Positions 24,584-34,087 of a DNA stretch of 46,982 nucleotides are shown here, piece after piece; positions within the stretch are counted from its first letter, which is position 1; every line of letters begins with the position of its first letter. Under the pieces are notes generated by a model. The model saw only the letters and a list, made by a program, of their open reading frames with translations, did not search any database and was not told the DNA's origin. This DNA is from an uncultured Alphaproteobacteria bacterium (GTDB taxonomy: Bacteria > Pseudomonadota > Alphaproteobacteria > MPNO01 > UBA830): positions 1-46,982 of the forward strand of contig CAJQLI010000023.1 in NCBI GenBank assembly GCA_905479125.1. The letters are read 5' to 3'. A program made the translations under genes and the position numbers.

Positions 24584-25935
24584 AAACCGCCCGACTTCTG
24601 AGAAGCGCGACATTCAGGCTGGCGCTTCTCTATATGCTGATATTCGGCGGCTCTGTCGCGGTGCTGCTCGGGTTCATTTACTGGGCGACCGTCGGCGTGC
24701 TCTCAGAACAGGTCGACGAGACAATCCAGGCTGATATCAAGGGCCTGGCCGAACAGTATGAGCGCCGCGGCACGCGCGGGATCGCCGCCATCATCGGCGA
24801 ACGTATCCGCAAGGACCCTGGCGGCCGCACCGTCTACCTGCTGACCGACCCGCTTCAGCGGCCACTGGTCGGCAATCTCGATAGCTGGCCGCCGGCCAAG
24901 CCGGACGCCGATGGCTGGATTGCGTTTGAACTGGTCGACAGGGGCGACCCGGATGAACGGCCGTATCTTGCGCGCGCCAAGCGTTTCGTGCTGCAGGGCG
25001 GGCTGAACCTGCTGGTAGGTCGTGAAGTCCGCGAACTGGAACGCACCCGGCACATGATCGTGAATGCCATGATCTGGGGCATTGCCATCACGCTGGCGCT
25101 TGCTCTAGCCGGCGGCATCGCGATGAGCCGCAGCACTGCACGGCGCATCGATTCCATCAACCAGACGAGCCGCGATATCATGAGCGGTGACCTGGATCGC
25201 CGCATCCCGGCGGGTGGCACGGGTGACGAATTCGATCAGCTTGCCGAAAACCTGAACGCCATGCTCGACCGGATTCAAGGCTTGATGGAAGGGCTGCGTC
25301 ATGTATCCGACAACATCGCCCACGATCTGCGCACGCCCCTCACCCGCCTGCGTGGCCGGCTGGAGGATCTCGACGATGCCGACCTGAGTGCCGCCGAGCG
25401 CACCGGACGCATCGATGCCGCCGTCGCCGAGGCCGACACCCTTTTATCGGTGTTCAATGCGCTGCTGCGCATCACCCAGATCGAAGCAGGCGGGCGCCGG
25501 GAAAATTTCGCCGCCGTCGATCTTGCGGCCGTCCTCCATGACGTTGCCGAATTATACGAGCCTTTGGCAGAGACCAAGGGGCTGACCTTTTCATCCCATA
25601 TCGGCGACGTGCAAAATATAACTGCAGACAGGGACCTGATCTTTCAGGCCGTCGCGAACCTCACCGATAACGCTATCAAATACACGCCCGCAGGCGGGTC
25701 GGTGACCCTTCACGCGGCTGGAAATACGATCACCGTTTCAGATAGCGGCCCCGGTGTGCCGGAAGACGCGCGCGAGGATGTTTTCCGCCGCTTTCACCGA
25801 CTGGAAGAAAGCCGCAACGCGCCGGGCAGCGGGCTCGGCCTCAGCCTGGTCAGGGCCGTCGCCCAGCTCCATGACGGCGACGTCCGGCTCGAAGAAAACC
25901 GGCCCGGCCTCAAAGCGGTTCTCACGGTCGGCTGA
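24580..25935 (+). CDS. Sensor histidine kinase (two TM helices, periplasmic loop, HAMP, HisKA, HATPase)
   Basis: The ATG at 24580 overlaps the regulator stop (ATGA). TM1 is LALLYMLIFGGSVAVLLGFIYWA, TM2 is IWGIAITLALALAGGIAM, the H-box is HDLRTPLTRL and the G-box is GSGLGLSLV. I reject the 70 upstream codons in the track ORF. Confidence 0.9.
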   Translation: MKTARLLRSATFRLALLYMLIFGGSVAVLLGFIYWATVGVLSEQVDETIQADIKGLAEQYERRGTRGIAAIIGERIRKDPGGRTVYLLTDPLQRPLVGNLDSWPPAKPDADGWIAFELVDRGDPDERPYLARAKRFVLQGGLNLLVGREVRELERTRHMIVNAMIWGIAITLALALAGGIAMSRSTARRIDSINQTSRDIMSGDLDRRIPAGGTGDEFDQLAENLNAMLDRIQGLMEGLRHVSDNIAHDLRTPLTRLRGRLEDLDDADLSAAERTGRIDAAVAEADTLLSVFNALLRITQIEAGGRRENFAAVDLAAVLHDVAELYEPLAETKGLTFSSHIGDVQNITADRDLIFQAVANLTDNAIKYTPAGGSVTLHAAGNTITVSDSGPGVPEDAREDVFRRFHRLEESRNAPGSGLGLSLVRAVAQLHDGDVRLEENRPGLKAVLTVG

Positions 25936-25977
25936 TCCACCCGACGGTGCGCCACGTATCCGAACCGGAGCAAGACA

Positions 25978-27354
25978 GTGATACAGAACACCCGAATTCA
26001 GAACCTCAATGAACACACCCGTCGGCCGGCGGGCGCTTATGTCCTGTACTGGATGCAGGAAGCGCAGCGTGCCCGCGGGAATGCAGCGCTCGAAATGGCG
26101 ATCCGCGGGGCCAATAGATACGGTCTGCCCGTCGTCGTGTGTTTCGGCCTGATGGACGGCTATCCCGAAGCCAATGCCCGCCACTATGCGTTCATGCTCG
26201 ACGGCCTTTCCGATTGCGCAAAGGAACTGGAAACACGCGGCATCGCCTTTGTCATCCGCCACGGGATGCCAGTCGATGTGGCACTTTCACTATCGCAAAA
26301 CGCTGCCGCCGTGATCTGCGATCGCAGTTATATGCCGGCGCAACGCGAATGGCGCAGGATGCTGGCGGAGGCCGCCACCTGCCCTGTCGTGCAGGTCGAG
26401 ACCGAGGTTGTCGTGCCGGTCGATGTTGCATCGGACAAATCGGAATACGCTGCCCGCACCATCCGCCCCCGGATCCACCGCGTGTGGGACGAATATCTCG
26501 TACCGCTCGACGAGACCGAACCGGAAATACGGGCGGATGCGTTGACGCTGGAAAGCGATTTCGATCTAACCGACCCGTCGGGCGTGCTGGCGGCCCTTGA
26601 TCTGGACCGGACCGTCAAACCGGTCAAACGGTTCCGCGGCGGGCGGGTGGCTGCACTGGAGATGCTCAACCGTTTTCTGGACGACGTGCTGGACGGGTAC
26701 GCCAAGGGACGGAACGAACCGTCGGCGGCGCAGACGTCTTTCCTCAGCCCCTACCTGCATTTCGGTCATATCTCTCCGGTCGAAATGGCGCTGGCTGCAC
26801 GTGATTCCGGCATCGGGGCAACCGAAGACCGTGGTTCGTTCATCGAGGAACTGGTAGTTCGCCGTGAACTTGCCATGAACTATGCCAACTTCGCCCCGGG
26901 ATTCGAGACCTATGACGCCCTGCCCGACTGGGCAAAAAAAACGCTGTCCGAACATGCGGGCGATGAGCGGGAATATGTCTATACTTCCGATGTGCTCGAA
27001 GCCTGCAAGACGCATGATACGCACTGGAACGATGCCATGCGCGAAATGGTGCATACCGGGTTCATGCACAATTACATGCGGATGTACTGGGCGAAAAAAA
27101 TCCTCGAATGGAGCGCCACGCCGGAAGACGCGTTCAACACAACGCTGGCGCTGAACAACAAGTATTTCCTCGACGGGCGCGATCCGAACTCATACGCCAA
27201 TGTCGCCTGGTGCTTCGGGCTGCACGACCGCGCCTGGACCGAACGGCCCGTGTTCGGGAAAATCCGCTACATGAACGCCAACGGGCTTAACCGGAAATTC
27301 GACATGGCAGCCTACCGTGCTTTCGTCGACCGCGCGGTGGATGCGGAAGCGTGA
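25978..27354 (+). CDS. Deoxyribodipyrimidine photo-lyase, class II type
   Basis: The C-terminal block MRMYWAKKILEWS...LDGRDPNSYANVAWCFGLHDRAWTERPVFGKIRYM matches class II CPD photolyases (archaeal/eukaryotic type) as I remember them. Confidence 0.85.
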   Translation: MIQNTRIQNLNEHTRRPAGAYVLYWMQEAQRARGNAALEMAIRGANRYGLPVVVCFGLMDGYPEANARHYAFMLDGLSDCAKELETRGIAFVIRHGMPVDVALSLSQNAAAVICDRSYMPAQREWRRMLAEAATCPVVQVETEVVVPVDVASDKSEYAARTIRPRIHRVWDEYLVPLDETEPEIRADALTLESDFDLTDPSGVLAALDLDRTVKPVKRFRGGRVAALEMLNRFLDDVLDGYAKGRNEPSAAQTSFLSPYLHFGHISPVEMALAARDSGIGATEDRGSFIEELVVRRELAMNYANFAPGFETYDALPDWAKKTLSEHAGDEREYVYTSDVLEACKTHDTHWNDAMREMVHTGFMHNYMRMYWAKKILEWSATPEDAFNTTLALNNKYFLDGRDPNSYANVAWCFGLHDRAWTERPVFGKIRYMNANGLNRKFDMAAYRAFVDRAVDAEA

Positions 27355-27377
27355 ACGCAATGTCACGGCCCCTAATG

Positions 27378-28289
27378 TCATTCTTCCCAGGGCGGGGCCG
27401 GAGTCATTTTCTCGGCGAGAAAATCGACGAAAGCGCGGGTCGAGGGAGGCACAAGGCGTCGGCTGGGATAGACAGCGTGAATGATGTTTTCCTGCGGGTC
27501 CTGCCAGTCGGGCAGGATCGCCGTCAGGCGCCCGGCCTTTATGTCGGGCCCGACCAGAAAGGTCGCGAGCCGCGCGATGCCGAATCCGCGGAGCGCCAGA
27601 TCACGGACCGCTTCGCCCGAATTGGCCGCAAAGTTGGACGACACTTTCACCGCACGCGACCCGGATGGCCCGTCAAATCGCCAGGTATCGGAATAGACAG
27701 TCGAATAAATCAGCGCGTTATGAGCCGCGAGATCTTCCGGTTCCGCGGGCATGCCGTGCTCACGCAGGTAGGCCGGCGACGCACAGATCACACGCCGGTC
27801 GGGCACCAGCCGTCGGGCGATCAGCGCGGAATCGGCCGGTGCCGACACCCGCACGGCGACATCTATGCCTTCATCCACGATATTTATCATCCGGTCGGAA
27901 AACAGAACGTCGACACGCACGTCGGGAAACCGCGAGACGAATTCGGGAATCAGCGGCACAATCTGGCGTTGACCGAAAGAAATAGACGCCGTGATCCGCA
28001 GTCGGCCACGCGGCCGGTCGGACGCATCGCCAACAGCGCGTTCCGCCGCATCGATATCGGACAGGATGGACTGGCTGCGCTCATAGAATTCACGCCCCAC
28101 ATCCGTCAGACTGATCCGCCGCGTCGACCGATTGAGCAGGCGGGCACCGAGCCGCGCTTCAAGCCGGCTGATCTGTTTGGACACCGCCGACGGCGTAATC
28201 CCCAGAATCCGGGCTGCGGCGGAAAAATTCCCGGCATCTACCGCCGCAACAAAGACGGTCATCTCGACACTGGACGCAGCACTCGCCAC
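27378..28289 (-). CDS. LysR family transcriptional regulator
   Basis: The HTH is FSAAARILGITPSAVSKQISRLEARLGARLLNRSTRRISLTDVG. 303 aa. It is divergent from the LLM gene. Confidence 0.9.
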   Translation of the reverse strand: MASAASSVEMTVFVAAVDAGNFSAAARILGITPSAVSKQISRLEARLGARLLNRSTRRISLTDVGREFYERSQSILSDIDAAERAVGDASDRPRGRLRITASISFGQRQIVPLIPEFVSRFPDVRVDVLFSDRMINIVDEGIDVAVRVSAPADSALIARRLVPDRRVICASPAYLREHGMPAEPEDLAAHNALIYSTVYSDTWRFDGPSGSRAVKVSSNFAANSGEAVRDLALRGFGIARLATFLVGPDIKAGRLTAILPDWQDPQENIIHAVYPSRRLVPPSTRAFVDFLAEKMTPAPPWEE

Positions 28290-28310
28290 AAACTATTCCT
28301 TCAATTCACA

Positions 28311-28337
28311 GATAATATGCCGATAGAGCCTATTATC
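28311..28337. promoter_or_regulatory. Inverted repeat GATAAT-N15-ATTATC in the LysR/LLM intergenic region
   Basis: Perfect 6-bp arms at 28311-28316 and 28332-28337, 22 nt upstream of the LysR start. Possible LysR-type binding site. Confidence 0.3.
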
Positions 28338-28405
28338 ATCTTTCACGGCATCAATTACAAATGCCGGACGTTGGATCTTACGCGGCCACAGACAGGAGCA
28401 AGACG

Positions 28406-29506
28406 ATGAAGATCGGGTTTTTCACAATGCCGGTTCACCGGTTGGACAAGAACTATACCGAGTGCCTGAAAGAGGACCGCGAGGCCATCATACTGGCCGA
28501 TAAACTGGGCTATTCCGAAGCCTATGTCGGCGAACACGTGACCGACGCCGCCGAAAGCATCACCAATTCGATGCTGTTCCAGGCAAGCCTGATCGCAGAG
28601 ACCACGCAGATCAAACTGGGCACCGGCACCACCAATCTGTCCCATACCCACCCGGTTCTTGTCGCCGCGCAGGCAGCGATGATGGATCACCTGCTCGAAG
28701 GCCGGTTCATCTTCGGCATCAGCCCGGGCGCGCTTGAATCCGATGCCGAAGCGCTCGGCATCCGGGGCGTCGACCGCAATGCCATGTTTGTCGAAGCCAT
28801 CGATCACATCATCAATATCTGGACGGGTGAGCCGCCGTACGACCTGACCGGCGATTTCTGGAACATTACGACACGCGAGACCCAGTTCGCGGAAATCGGT
28901 CTTGGCCCGATTGCCAAGCCGTTCCAGAAACCCTACCCGCCGATCGTCGGCACCGTGGTCGCGCCGTTCTCCAAAGGTGTGATCGAAATGGGCAAGAAAG
29001 GATTCCTGCCGATCTCGGCCAACTTCCTGCTCGCCAAATGGGTCGAAACCCATTGGGGCAACTATGCCAAGGGCTGTGAAGAAGGCGGCCGCCCCGCGAA
29101 TACCGACGACTGGCGTGTCGCCCGCTCGATCTTCGTCCATGACGATCACCAGACCGCGATCGATTACGGCAAGGCGAATGACCGAAGCCCTTACCGGTTC
29201 TATTACAAGCAGCTCTACACCAAGCTGATGAAAGCCGGGCGTCATGAAGTCTTCAAGCCGTCCCGCGATTTCCCGGACGATCAGCTGTCGGTCGACTACA
29301 TCCTCGACGAACTTGTCATCTGCGGCGACGTCAACAGCGTGGTTGACCAGATCCTGGCGTTCCGCGAAGTGACCGGCGATTTCGGCACCCTGCTCTATGC
29401 CGGCAAGGACTGGGAAGACAAGGAACTCGGCAAGCGGTCGATGGAACTGATGGCCGAGAAAGTAATGCCTGCTGTCAATGCGGCGATCGGTCAGGCTGCA
29501 GCCTAG
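28406..29506 (+). CDS. LLM-class flavin-dependent oxidoreductase
   Basis: MKIGFFTMPVH...SEAYVGEH...GRFIFGISPG. The ATG at 28406 is preceded by AGGAG (28394-28398). Confidence 0.85.
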   Translation: MKIGFFTMPVHRLDKNYTECLKEDREAIILADKLGYSEAYVGEHVTDAAESITNSMLFQASLIAETTQIKLGTGTTNLSHTHPVLVAAQAAMMDHLLEGRFIFGISPGALESDAEALGIRGVDRNAMFVEAIDHIINIWTGEPPYDLTGDFWNITTRETQFAEIGLGPIAKPFQKPYPPIVGTVVAPFSKGVIEMGKKGFLPISANFLLAKWVETHWGNYAKGCEEGGRPANTDDWRVARSIFVHDDHQTAIDYGKANDRSPYRFYYKQLYTKLMKAGRHEVFKPSRDFPDDQLSVDYILDELVICGDVNSVVDQILAFREVTGDFGTLLYAGKDWEDKELGKRSMELMAEKVMPAVNAAIGQAAA

Positions 29507-29551
29507 GAACAGGATTTCTGAAATGAACAAGGTTTCTGATATACAGTCTGA

Positions 29552-29986
29552 ATGAGTATTACAGACGACAAGCCGCTCTCCCTTGTTCACATGCTGTCCA
29601 ACCGGATCAGCCGCGCCTTCTTTGACGAGGTTGAGACTAAGTACGGCGTCTCCATTGCCGAATGGCGGGTGATCCTGACACTGGTATCGGAGCCCGGCCT
29701 GTCCGGGGCCGATATCACCAATCGCTGGGCAATGGAAAAAATGGCCGTAAACAGAGCGGTACAGCGCCTGGTGGATTCAGGAAACGTGGCCCGTACGCGG
29801 GATCCGGATGACCGCCGTAGCTACCAGCTGACACTCACGGCCAAGGGCATGAAGCTTTATGAAAAAATCGCGCCCTCAGCCAATAAACGTTACGCGGAAC
29901 TGACATCCGCCATTTCAGGCGACGAGCTGGAAGCCCTGGTCGCCACGCTGCGCAAGATGATTTCCCGCGCGGAAGAACTGAACTGA
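29552..29986 (+). CDS. MarR family transcriptional regulator (MarR-3)
   Basis: 144 aa with a winged helix: SIAEWRVILTLVSEPGLSGADITNRWAMEKMAVNRAVQRLVDSGNVARTRDPDDRR. Confidence 0.85.
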   Translation: MSITDDKPLSLVHMLSNRISRAFFDEVETKYGVSIAEWRVILTLVSEPGLSGADITNRWAMEKMAVNRAVQRLVDSGNVARTRDPDDRRSYQLTLTAKGMKLYEKIAPSANKRYAELTSAISGDELEALVATLRKMISRAEELN

Positions 29987-30074
29987 TCCCCGGCCCATCC
30001 AGCTGCAAACCCGGACACAAATCGGGCTGCCACGCGCCCGGTCGCCATCTGCATAACCGTCATCCGGAGACCAC

Positions 30075-31013
30075 ATGACAGCAATTGTCGAGATCATCGC
30101 GCCGGTCTTCGCGCTGATCCTCGTCGGGTACGGTGTGGGCAGGACCCCGAAATGGACGCCGGACGCGACAAAATATTTCAACAATTTCGTCTTTTACGTT
30201 GCCCTTCCAACGCTGCTTTTCGGCGCGCTCTCCAGCGGCCGTGCCTTTAACGGGGTGGAACCGCTGATCGCCGCGGCCTATTTCGGCGGTAGCCTGATCA
30301 CGATGGCCCTGATCATCGGCTTTTCGCGCGCGCTGTTTCAACTGCCCGGCGAAGAGCTTGCCCTGCTGGGTATGGGTGCCGGTTTTTCGAACACCGTTCT
30401 GCTCGGCCTGCCGCTGATCGTGCTGACCTTCGGCGATGCCGCCGTCGGCCCGATAACCGCGATTATCGCCTTCAATACGCTGCTGCTGTTACCGATCACG
30501 ATCCTGATCATTGAAATATCCCGCGGCCGGGCGAGCCAACGAGGCCTTGCGGCCATCGTAATCGCACCGGTCCGCGCACTCAGCCGCAACCCGATCCTGC
30601 TCGCCATTGTCGCCGGCGCGCTGTGGAGCTTCACCGGCATCGGGCTTGCCGTCCCCGTGGAGCGCTATATCGATATGATGTCGGGTGCGGCCGGACCGTG
30701 TGCGCTGTTCGTGCTTGGCGCCAGCCTGGCAGAATACAAAATCGCCGGAAGGCCGGCAGAGACAGCGACGATGGCCGGTTTCAAACTGGTCATCCACCCG
30801 ATCATCGTGTGGCTGCTCTGTACGCAGGTATTTGTATTGGACGATCTGACCACCGGGGTCGCGACCATGATGGCGGCCATCCCGGTCGGGGCGACGGTAT
30901 TCACGGTGGCGCAGCAATACCGGGCCTTCGTCGGGCCGGTGACGAGTGCCATCCTGATATCAACGGGAATATCGGCGGGCACGCTTGCCGCCGTGATATC
31001 GTTTCTGACCTAG
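30075..31013 (+). CDS. AEC (auxin efflux carrier) family transporter
   Basis: 312 aa and about 10 hydrophobic helices. The N-terminus IVEIIAPVFALILVGYGVGR is typical of AEC/MleP-like permeases. Confidence 0.85.
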   Translation: MTAIVEIIAPVFALILVGYGVGRTPKWTPDATKYFNNFVFYVALPTLLFGALSSGRAFNGVEPLIAAAYFGGSLITMALIIGFSRALFQLPGEELALLGMGAGFSNTVLLGLPLIVLTFGDAAVGPITAIIAFNTLLLLPITILIIEISRGRASQRGLAAIVIAPVRALSRNPILLAIVAGALWSFTGIGLAVPVERYIDMMSGAAGPCALFVLGASLAEYKIAGRPAETATMAGFKLVIHPIIVWLLCTQVFVLDDLTTGVATMMAAIPVGATVFTVAQQYRAFVGPVTSAILISTGISAGTLAAVISFLT

Positions 31014-31037
31014 AGCCAGACCTGCAGCCGGATGATT

Positions 31038-31244
31038 TTACGCCGTACTCGGCAATTCCTGGAAACGGCTCTGATCACGCAGCACGCTTGTCGCGATAAT
31101 CTTGGTGACAGAACGATCACTGACGCCGACCATTTTAACGTGCGGGATGGACGTCGACAGGTCGCTCAGCGCATCGACCTCCCAAAGAAGGCCTTCGCTG
31201 GCACGAAACTGCTGACCGGGTCGAATATCTGCGGGTTTGGGCAT
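31038..31244 (-). CDS. Hypothetical small protein (68 aa)
   Basis: ORF only. Composition is plausible and it is co-directional downstream of the deaminase gene. No recognisable motif and a weak RBS. Confidence 0.35.
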   Translation of the reverse strand: MPKPADIRPGQQFRASEGLLWEVDALSDLSTSIPHVKMVGVSDRSVTKIIATSVLRDQSRFQELPSTA

Positions 31245-31309
31245 CCTGGCTGTCTCACTTGAACTCTACAAAACAAAACGGAGTATCACCGGAGTTTTCA
31301 AAGAAAGAC

Positions 31310-32317
31310 TTAACGTGCGACAGTATCAATAGCCGTCAGCCAGTTTTTTTTCGCTGAATCTTCCAGAAAAGACGCAGTAATGGAATTTTTCGCCAGCGTG
31401 ACAATCTCGTCCTGCGACAAATCCAGCGCATCGCGGACCGCGATGAAATTATCCAGCACGTATCCGCCGAAATAGGCCGGGTCGTCCGAGTTCACGGTCG
31501 CGACCAGCCCGGCATCCAGCATCGCCCGCAGCGGATGGCGCGACATGTCGGTGACGCCCTGCAGCCGGTAGTTTGACAGCGGGCATACGGTCAATGGCAT
31601 TTTTTCAGCGGCGAGACGCGCGACCAGGTCCGGGTCGGTCATCGCCGCATTGCCGTGATCGACCCGGTCGACATGCAGCAGATCGAGCGTGTCGCGGACA
31701 TATTCCACAGGGCCTTCCTCACCGGCATGAGCAACCAGCCTGAAACCGGCATCGCGCGCCTTTGCGAAGACGCGCTGAAATTTCTGCGGCGGGTGGCCGA
31801 GCTCGGACGAATCCAGTCCGACACCAATTATCCGGTCACGATGCGCCATTGCCTTTTCCAGCACCGGAAACGCCTCGTCTTCGTCGAGATGACGCAGGAA
31901 ACACATGATGATGCGCGACGTAATACCGTTTTCGGTCTCGGCATCGCGCAGCGCGCGCCAGATGCCGTCCAACGCGACCTCGAACGCCACACCGCGCTCT
32001 GTATGCCCCTGCGGATCGAAAAATATTTCGGTATGAACGACACCATCGGCGACGGCGCGTTTCATATAGGCCGCGGTGAGATCGTAAAAATCCTGCTCGT
32101 GGAGCAGCACGCTCATTCCGGCGTAGTACAAATCGAGAAACGCCTGCAGGTCGGCAAAGTCATACGCGGCCTTCAGGTCATCGACGGTGGCATAAGGCAG
32201 ATCGACCCCGTTGCGCCGGGCGATTTCGAACATCAGCTCGGGCTCGAAACTGCCTTCGATATGCAGGTGCAGTTCAGCCTTCGGCAGACGACGGATAAAA
32301 TCATCTGAAACGGTCAT
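31310..32317 (-). CDS. add: Adenosine/adenine deaminase family protein
   Basis: LPKAELHLHIEGSFEPELMFEIARRNG, HAGE and NSDDPAYFGG are metal-dependent deaminase signatures. Start moved to the ATG at 32317. Confidence 0.9.
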   Translation of the reverse strand: MTVSDDFIRRLPKAELHLHIEGSFEPELMFEIARRNGVDLPYATVDDLKAAYDFADLQAFLDLYYAGMSVLLHEQDFYDLTAAYMKRAVADGVVHTEIFFDPQGHTERGVAFEVALDGIWRALRDAETENGITSRIIMCFLRHLDEDEAFPVLEKAMAHRDRIIGVGLDSSELGHPPQKFQRVFAKARDAGFRLVAHAGEEGPVEYVRDTLDLLHVDRVDHGNAAMTDPDLVARLAAEKMPLTVCPLSNYRLQGVTDMSRHPLRAMLDAGLVATVNSDDPAYFGGYVLDNFIAVRDALDLSQDEIVTLAKNSITASFLEDSAKKNWLTAIDTVAR

Positions 32318-32425
32318 GGCATTTATGCGCCCTCCGGTGCGATCAGTATGGGGCCTGTTAGGATGCAATTTCCATATGCTATCCTGAGACAAGATAACAA
32401 TATCGCAGTACAGGGGCGCCAAAAA

Positions 32426-34057
32426 ATGAACAACGGAAAAAGCTACGATTTCGTGATTGTGGGTGCAGGTTCAGCGGGCTGTACGCTCGCCAACCGGCTG
32501 ACCGAAGATCCCGACGTCCAGGTACTGGTGATCGAAGCCGGCGGCAGCGACCGTAACCCGATCATCACGGTGCCGCTCGGCTGGGGCAAGATTCTGTTCG
32601 AGCGCCTCTATGACTGGGGCTATTTCACCGAAGAAGAAGGTGAGTTCAACAACCGCAAGGTCGAATGCGCGCGTGGCAAGGTGCTGGGCGGGTCTTCCTC
32701 CATCAACGCCATGGCCTATGTCCGCTGTCACCGCGAAGACTACGACCGGTGGAGCCGCAATGGCTGCACGGGGTGGTCCTATTCAGATATCCTGCCCTAT
32801 TTCATCAAGTCGGAAGACTGGGAAAAGGGTGACCAGCCGCTGCGCGGCACCGGTGGCCCGCTGACCACCATCGAAAACAAGTATCCCGACCCGCTGCTCG
32901 AAGCCTGGCTGCAGGCCGGCGAACAGGCGGGCTATTCCCGCACCGCTGATTACAACGGCCATCAGAATGAAGGGCTCGGCACCCTGCAATCGACCATCCG
33001 CAATGGTCGCCGCTGCAGCGCCGCGGTCGCCTATCTGCGCCCTGCGATGAAACGCTCGAACCTTACCGTGATCACCAATGCCATGGCGCACCGGGTTGTC
33101 ATGGACGGCACCAAAGCCACCGGCGTCGAATATTCAACCGGCGGCAACAGCACAACCATCGCCCGTGCCGAGCGCGAAGTAATCGTCGCCGGCGGCGTGA
33201 TCAATTCGCCGCAACTGCTGATGCTGTCGGGTATCGGCAATAGCGAGCACCTTGCCGAACACGGCATATCGACTGCCGTCGACCTGAAAGGCGTCGGCCA
33301 GAACCTGCAGGATCATCTCTCCGTCGGTGTCGAATACGAACGCATCGGCGACGGCCCCTTTGTCGGCACATTGCGGTGGGACCGCCTCGCCCTTTCGATG
33401 GCCCAGGCGTATTTCTTCGGCACCGGCTTTGCGACGGAAATGCCGGGACCGCTGACCGGTTACATCTCGTCACAGGAAGGCATGGCGCAGCCCGACCTGC
33501 AATTGCTGGCGCGGTTCATCCCGCCGGAATCACAGCCATGGATGCCGATCACCGGCAAGAAACCGAAGGACGCCTTCATGGTCCGCCCGGTCGTGCTACA
33601 TCCGAAGAGCCGGGGCGAGCTGAAACTCGCCTCCGCCAATCCCGGCGATCACGCGAAAATTCACCAGAATTTCCTGTCGGACCCGGCCGACTGGAAAACC
33701 CTCAAAGACGGCATCGCCATCGTCAAGGATATCGCCAGCCAGAAAGCACTGGACGGTTTCCGTGGTCCGGAGATCCAGCCAAAAGACGAATCCCTCGACG
33801 AATTCATCAAGCGCACCGCATGGACGGTTCATCATCCGCTCGGCACCTGCAAGATGGGACCGGACAGCGACGCAATGGCGGTCGTCGATCCGGAATTCCG
33901 GGTGCGCGGGGCAGAAAACCTCCGGGTCGTCGATGCGTCTGTCTTCCCCGACATGCTCGGTGGCAATATCAATGCGCCAACGATCGCCTTTGCCGAGCGG
34001 GCGGCGGACCTGTTGCTCGGAAAAACGCCGCTGGCGCCGATAGAGGTAGCGGCCTAG
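32426..34057 (+). CDS. GMC family oxidoreductase (choline dehydrogenase-like)
   Basis: FAD motif YDFVIVGAGSAGCTLANRLTED, GGSSSINAMAYVR and the C-terminal HPLGTCKMG. Start at the ATG at 32426. Confidence 0.9.
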   Translation: MNNGKSYDFVIVGAGSAGCTLANRLTEDPDVQVLVIEAGGSDRNPIITVPLGWGKILFERLYDWGYFTEEEGEFNNRKVECARGKVLGGSSSINAMAYVRCHREDYDRWSRNGCTGWSYSDILPYFIKSEDWEKGDQPLRGTGGPLTTIENKYPDPLLEAWLQAGEQAGYSRTADYNGHQNEGLGTLQSTIRNGRRCSAAVAYLRPAMKRSNLTVITNAMAHRVVMDGTKATGVEYSTGGNSTTIARAEREVIVAGGVINSPQLLMLSGIGNSEHLAEHGISTAVDLKGVGQNLQDHLSVGVEYERIGDGPFVGTLRWDRLALSMAQAYFFGTGFATEMPGPLTGYISSQEGMAQPDLQLLARFIPPESQPWMPITGKKPKDAFMVRPVVLHPKSRGELKLASANPGDHAKIHQNFLSDPADWKTLKDGIAIVKDIASQKALDGFRGPEIQPKDESLDEFIKRTAWTVHHPLGTCKMGPDSDAMAVVDPEFRVRGAENLRVVDASVFPDMLGGNINAPTIAFAERAADLLLGKTPLAPIEVAA

Positions 34058-34087
34058 TTCCGGGAAAATTCGACAAGAGGATACTTC

